A stretch of 64,000 bases of DNA. It comes from an uncultured delta proteobacterium (GTDB taxonomy: Bacteria > Desulfobacterota > Binatia > JACPRU01). Under the pieces are notes generated by a model, which ran no database searches, was not told the DNA's origin, and was given only the letters and a program-made list of their open reading frames with translations. Positions within the stretch are counted from its first letter, which is position 1. Every line of letters starts with the position of its first letter. The position numbers and the translations under genes are program-made. The stretch lies in contig CAVUWD010000016.1 in NCBI GenBank assembly GCA_963745025.1, positions 288,001 to 352,000 of the forward strand, given 5' to 3'. Shown here one piece after another: positions 60,494 to 64,000 of the stretch.

Positions 60494-61330
60494 ATGAAAT
60501 TTCTCGAAGTCTGTGGTCTTCGCCGCAGCATCCGCATCTTCGATCGCAAGAAGCCGGTCGACCGGCAGCAGATCCAGCGAATTCTGGAGGTGGTGCGGGT
60601 GGCGACGACCTGCCCCGGAAACCTCCAGCCGTGGCGCGCAATCGTCGTTGACCAAGACAAGCTTGCGGCTGCCGACCGCAAGACGTTGCTCGCCGCCGAC
60701 AATTACCAGGCGGCCCATGCCCAGGCCCCGATCTGGATCTACTGGTGCGCCAATACGGATTCGGCGCGTCCGGAATCCTTCCGCATCCGGGTCCACGAGC
60801 TCATCGACGTCGGCGCAATGCCGACCTACTACGGCTGGACGCACGAGACGGTCGACGGCTCGATTCTGCGCGGTGAGATCGCACCCGAGGGAATGGCCAA
60901 CATCGAGCAGATCATCCACGGAATGCCTGCCGAAATGAGCGCGATGATCGCGAGGCAGGAAACCGTCGGCGCCTGCGCGGTCGCCGTGCTGGCCGCCGTG
61001 AACGAGGGGCTCGGCACGTGCCTCCACGCCTGCCACGGCGCCGACAAGATCGAGGACGTGCGCCGCGTGTTGAAGCTCCCCGAATCGTGGAACACCATCT
61101 GGGTGCAGCTGATCGGTCATCCGTTGGAGGACCGTGAAGCCGGCGGACAACGGCCCCGGCTGCCGTTCGGCGAGCTCTTCTTCGAGATGGATCCGACTCG
61201 TCCGTTCGTGCGCGACGAGACGGTGGTGAAGGATCTCGAGCGCGAAGGGTTGTTTCGGGCGCCGAGCCCGAAGCCCGGACGCTTTGAGGAGCTCATGCAG
61301 ATCGGGCGGAAGCTCGGCTATCCGATCTGA
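60494..61330 (+). CDS. Nitroreductase family flavoprotein
   Basis: AGGAGG RBS; RRSIR.F, PGNLQPW, LAAVNEGLGTC, IG.P. Confidence 0.88.
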   Translation: MKFLEVCGLRRSIRIFDRKKPVDRQQIQRILEVVRVATTCPGNLQPWRAIVVDQDKLAAADRKTLLAADNYQAAHAQAPIWIYWCANTDSARPESFRIRVHELIDVGAMPTYYGWTHETVDGSILRGEIAPEGMANIEQIIHGMPAEMSAMIARQETVGACAVAVLAAVNEGLGTCLHACHGADKIEDVRRVLKLPESWNTIWVQLIGHPLEDREAGGQRPRLPFGELFFEMDPTRPFVRDETVVKDLEREGLFRAPSPKPGRFEELMQIGRKLGYPI

Positions 61331-61344
61331 ACCCGGGCCCTGCC

Positions 61345-61668
61345 ATGAACGATCTTCGGAGCTACGCTTCCGTCACGCGATGGATCGACAACGTGAACCG
61401 CTACTACCAGCTTCCCGAGAGCGAGTGGGTCGACCGACTCGCGGCGCTACGCGTCTTCTGTGAGCAGGTGGGCAAGGACCCCGACGCCGTGATCCGCTCC
61501 GCCGTCGAAGAGAAAGGGGCAAAGGTCGAGATGATGCGCCGCTCGAAGCAGATCGCCAAAGAAGCGACCCGCGATGCGCGCGCCGCTCATGATCAGGACG
61601 GCTTCGTGCGCAGCTTCTTCATCCACAACGGCGCACGGGTGGTGGTCCGGCCCTACGAAGAGGAATGA
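61345..61668 (+). CDS. Hypothetical protein co-transcribed with the nitroreductase
   Basis: ATG 14 nt after the upstream stop; protein-like composition (FCEQVGKDPD, RSFFIHNG). Confidence 0.7.
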   Translation: MNDLRSYASVTRWIDNVNRYYQLPESEWVDRLAALRVFCEQVGKDPDAVIRSAVEEKGAKVEMMRRSKQIAKEATRDARAAHDQDGFVRSFFIHNGARVVVRPYEEE

Positions 61669-61684
61669 CGCTTCGGGCGGCGGG

Positions 61685-61880
61685 CTGCAGCGGCGCGACC
61701 TGGGAGCGGAGCCCGTGCTGAACCTCTGCGGCGGAGACGTCGCGCGAACTTCGTCTCGAGCGGGCGGATAGCGCCGCGCAGATACCGGCGGCTTGCCCCG
61801 TCGCCATAGCGATCCGCGTCACGCGGCACGAGGAATGCGCCTCGTGGGTTGGCCGCAGCGGCCCATCGGGCGCATCTGCC
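61685..61880 (-). pseudogene. 3' remnant of an FAD-dependent oxidoreductase (PF12831-like)
   Basis: GRC...THEAHSSCRV..IAMATGQAAG.CAAL...RDV...VQ..L; rest of gene absent. Confidence 0.65.
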
Positions 61881-61960
61881 GCTGGCTCAGGCTCTCCGCA
61901 TAGTAGAGATGGCAGAGGCGAGGCTTCTCTCTCCCCCGCAAGTCGAGTAATGGGCACGGC

Positions 61961-62983
61961 ATGAGCGGGGAGCCGTCGACCGCGGAGCGGATTCTGCGAA
62001 TCTTGCGGGACGCCGCCGGTCCGGTGAGTGGCCCGGACATTGCGCGTCGACTGAACATCTCTTGTGCCGCAGTGCGAAAGCACGTGCGCGCCCTCGTCGC
62101 GAACGGCTATCGCATCGGCAGCGAGAATCCCGCCGGTTACCGTCTCGAGGCCCCGTCGACGCGCCTGCTTCCCGCAGAGATCGCTCGACATCTCACGACG
62201 AAGAGGATCGGTCGGATCGTTCATCACTTCGATTCCATCGATTCGACGAATCGCCACGCCATGGACCTGGCGAGGCGCGGCGCCGGGGAAGGCGAGGTGG
62301 TGGTCGCGGAGGTGCAAACCGCCGGCCGCGGGCGGCTCGGCCGCTCGTTCTTTTCGCCCGAGGGTGTCAGCTTCTATGGATCGATCATCTTGCGACCGGA
62401 CATCCCGCCGGCGCGAGCGCCGCAGATCACTCTGCTTGCCGGCCTCGCGGTCGCCGAAACCGTCGAGAAGCATGCGGGAATCCGCCCGGGACTCAAATGG
62501 CCAAACGACGTGCTCCTCGGCCCGCGGAAGATCGCCGGGATCCTCACCGAGATGGAATCGGAAGCGGCCCGCGTCCTCCATGTCGTCTGTGGCCCCGGCA
62601 TCAACCTGAACGTCCCGACGGCGGAGTTTCCGCTCGAGCTACGCGCCATCGCCACGTCCATTCTCGCGGCGACCGGCCGCAGCGTCGATCGCGCCGCCTT
62701 CGCGGCCGACCTGTTCGGTAGCTTCGAGCGCCTCTACGACGAGTTCCTCTCCAGGGGCCTCGGTCGCTTGCGAGAGCCCTGGGACGCGTATTCGGTCCTC
62801 AACGGCGAATGGGTCAGTGTCGAAGGCGCAGGAGAGACGCTCGAAGGTCGAGTGCTCGGCATCGACGAGGAGGGTGCGCTCCGGCTCGAAGGTCGGCAGG
62901 GTCGACTCGTGCGCGCGATCGCCGGCGACGTGACGTTGAAGAAGGAGGCTACTGGCTTACCGGCTACCCGAAAGAGGCCCTGA
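61961..62983 (+). CDS. birA: Bifunctional biotin operon repressor/biotin-protein ligase
   Basis: N-terminal HTH, DSTN, QTAGRGRLGR, KWPND, KIAGIL, G.D..GAL. Confidence 0.95.
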   Translation: MSGEPSTAERILRILRDAAGPVSGPDIARRLNISCAAVRKHVRALVANGYRIGSENPAGYRLEAPSTRLLPAEIARHLTTKRIGRIVHHFDSIDSTNRHAMDLARRGAGEGEVVVAEVQTAGRGRLGRSFFSPEGVSFYGSIILRPDIPPARAPQITLLAGLAVAETVEKHAGIRPGLKWPNDVLLGPRKIAGILTEMESEAARVLHVVCGPGINLNVPTAEFPLELRAIATSILAATGRSVDRAAFAADLFGSFERLYDEFLSRGLGRLREPWDAYSVLNGEWVSVEGAGETLEGRVLGIDEEGALRLEGRQGRLVRAIAGDVTLKKEATGLPATRKRP

Positions 62984-63132
62984 GTCTTTGGGGTAGTCTC
63001 CTGAAAGGAGACCGAGCACTCCTCCAGATGCGCGTCGCGCCGATCTGCGGTAGCGACGTCCACATTCCCCGACGAGTCGATCCCGACCGACGGAACATTC
63101 GCTCGTGAAATCTTCGAGAACGGCGGTGGTTC

Positions 63133-63999
<867 letters not shown>

Positions 64000-64000
64000 C

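Overview
GC-rich bacterial chromosome segment. The gene mix (CarD, CofC and an F420-type LLM enzyme, Hanks kinase-TPR, PEP-CTERM, PilB) suggests a deltaproteobacteria-like lineage such as Candidatus Binatia; this is inference only. 1-14.8 kb is core housekeeping (cofC, rsmD-coaD, Nudix-AMMECR1 fusion, OprI/Lpp-like lipoprotein, dacA, tandem fabH-rimI-pyrD, carD, archaeal-type glyA, ZIP transporter, kinase-LysM). 14.8-29.6 kb is accessory: a heavily frameshifted RND efflux operon, gene remnants, a GH18-deacetylase-GT2 gene, a histidine kinase and an orphan pilB. A tRNA-Leu(CAG) at 29.7 kb is an integration hotspot. It anchors a 10.8-kb decayed element bounded by a 57-bp direct repeat, with broken integrase, intact terminase small/large pair, no capsid or portal, and PEP-CTERM/EPS cargo. 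An older degenerate att copy at 41.96 kb encloses an rsmH paralog. gpmA-valS-nadC follow. 48.4-61.7 kb holds a five-gene acetophenone-carboxylase-like (apcABCDE) operon with CoA ligase, thiolase, two paralogous TetR regulators sharing a candidate operator, and a nitroreductase. The window ends with birA and a partial acyltransferase. A dispersed heptamer-built palindromic repeat (GGCTACR units) occurs about six times. All family assignments come from motif recognition by eye; no searches were run.
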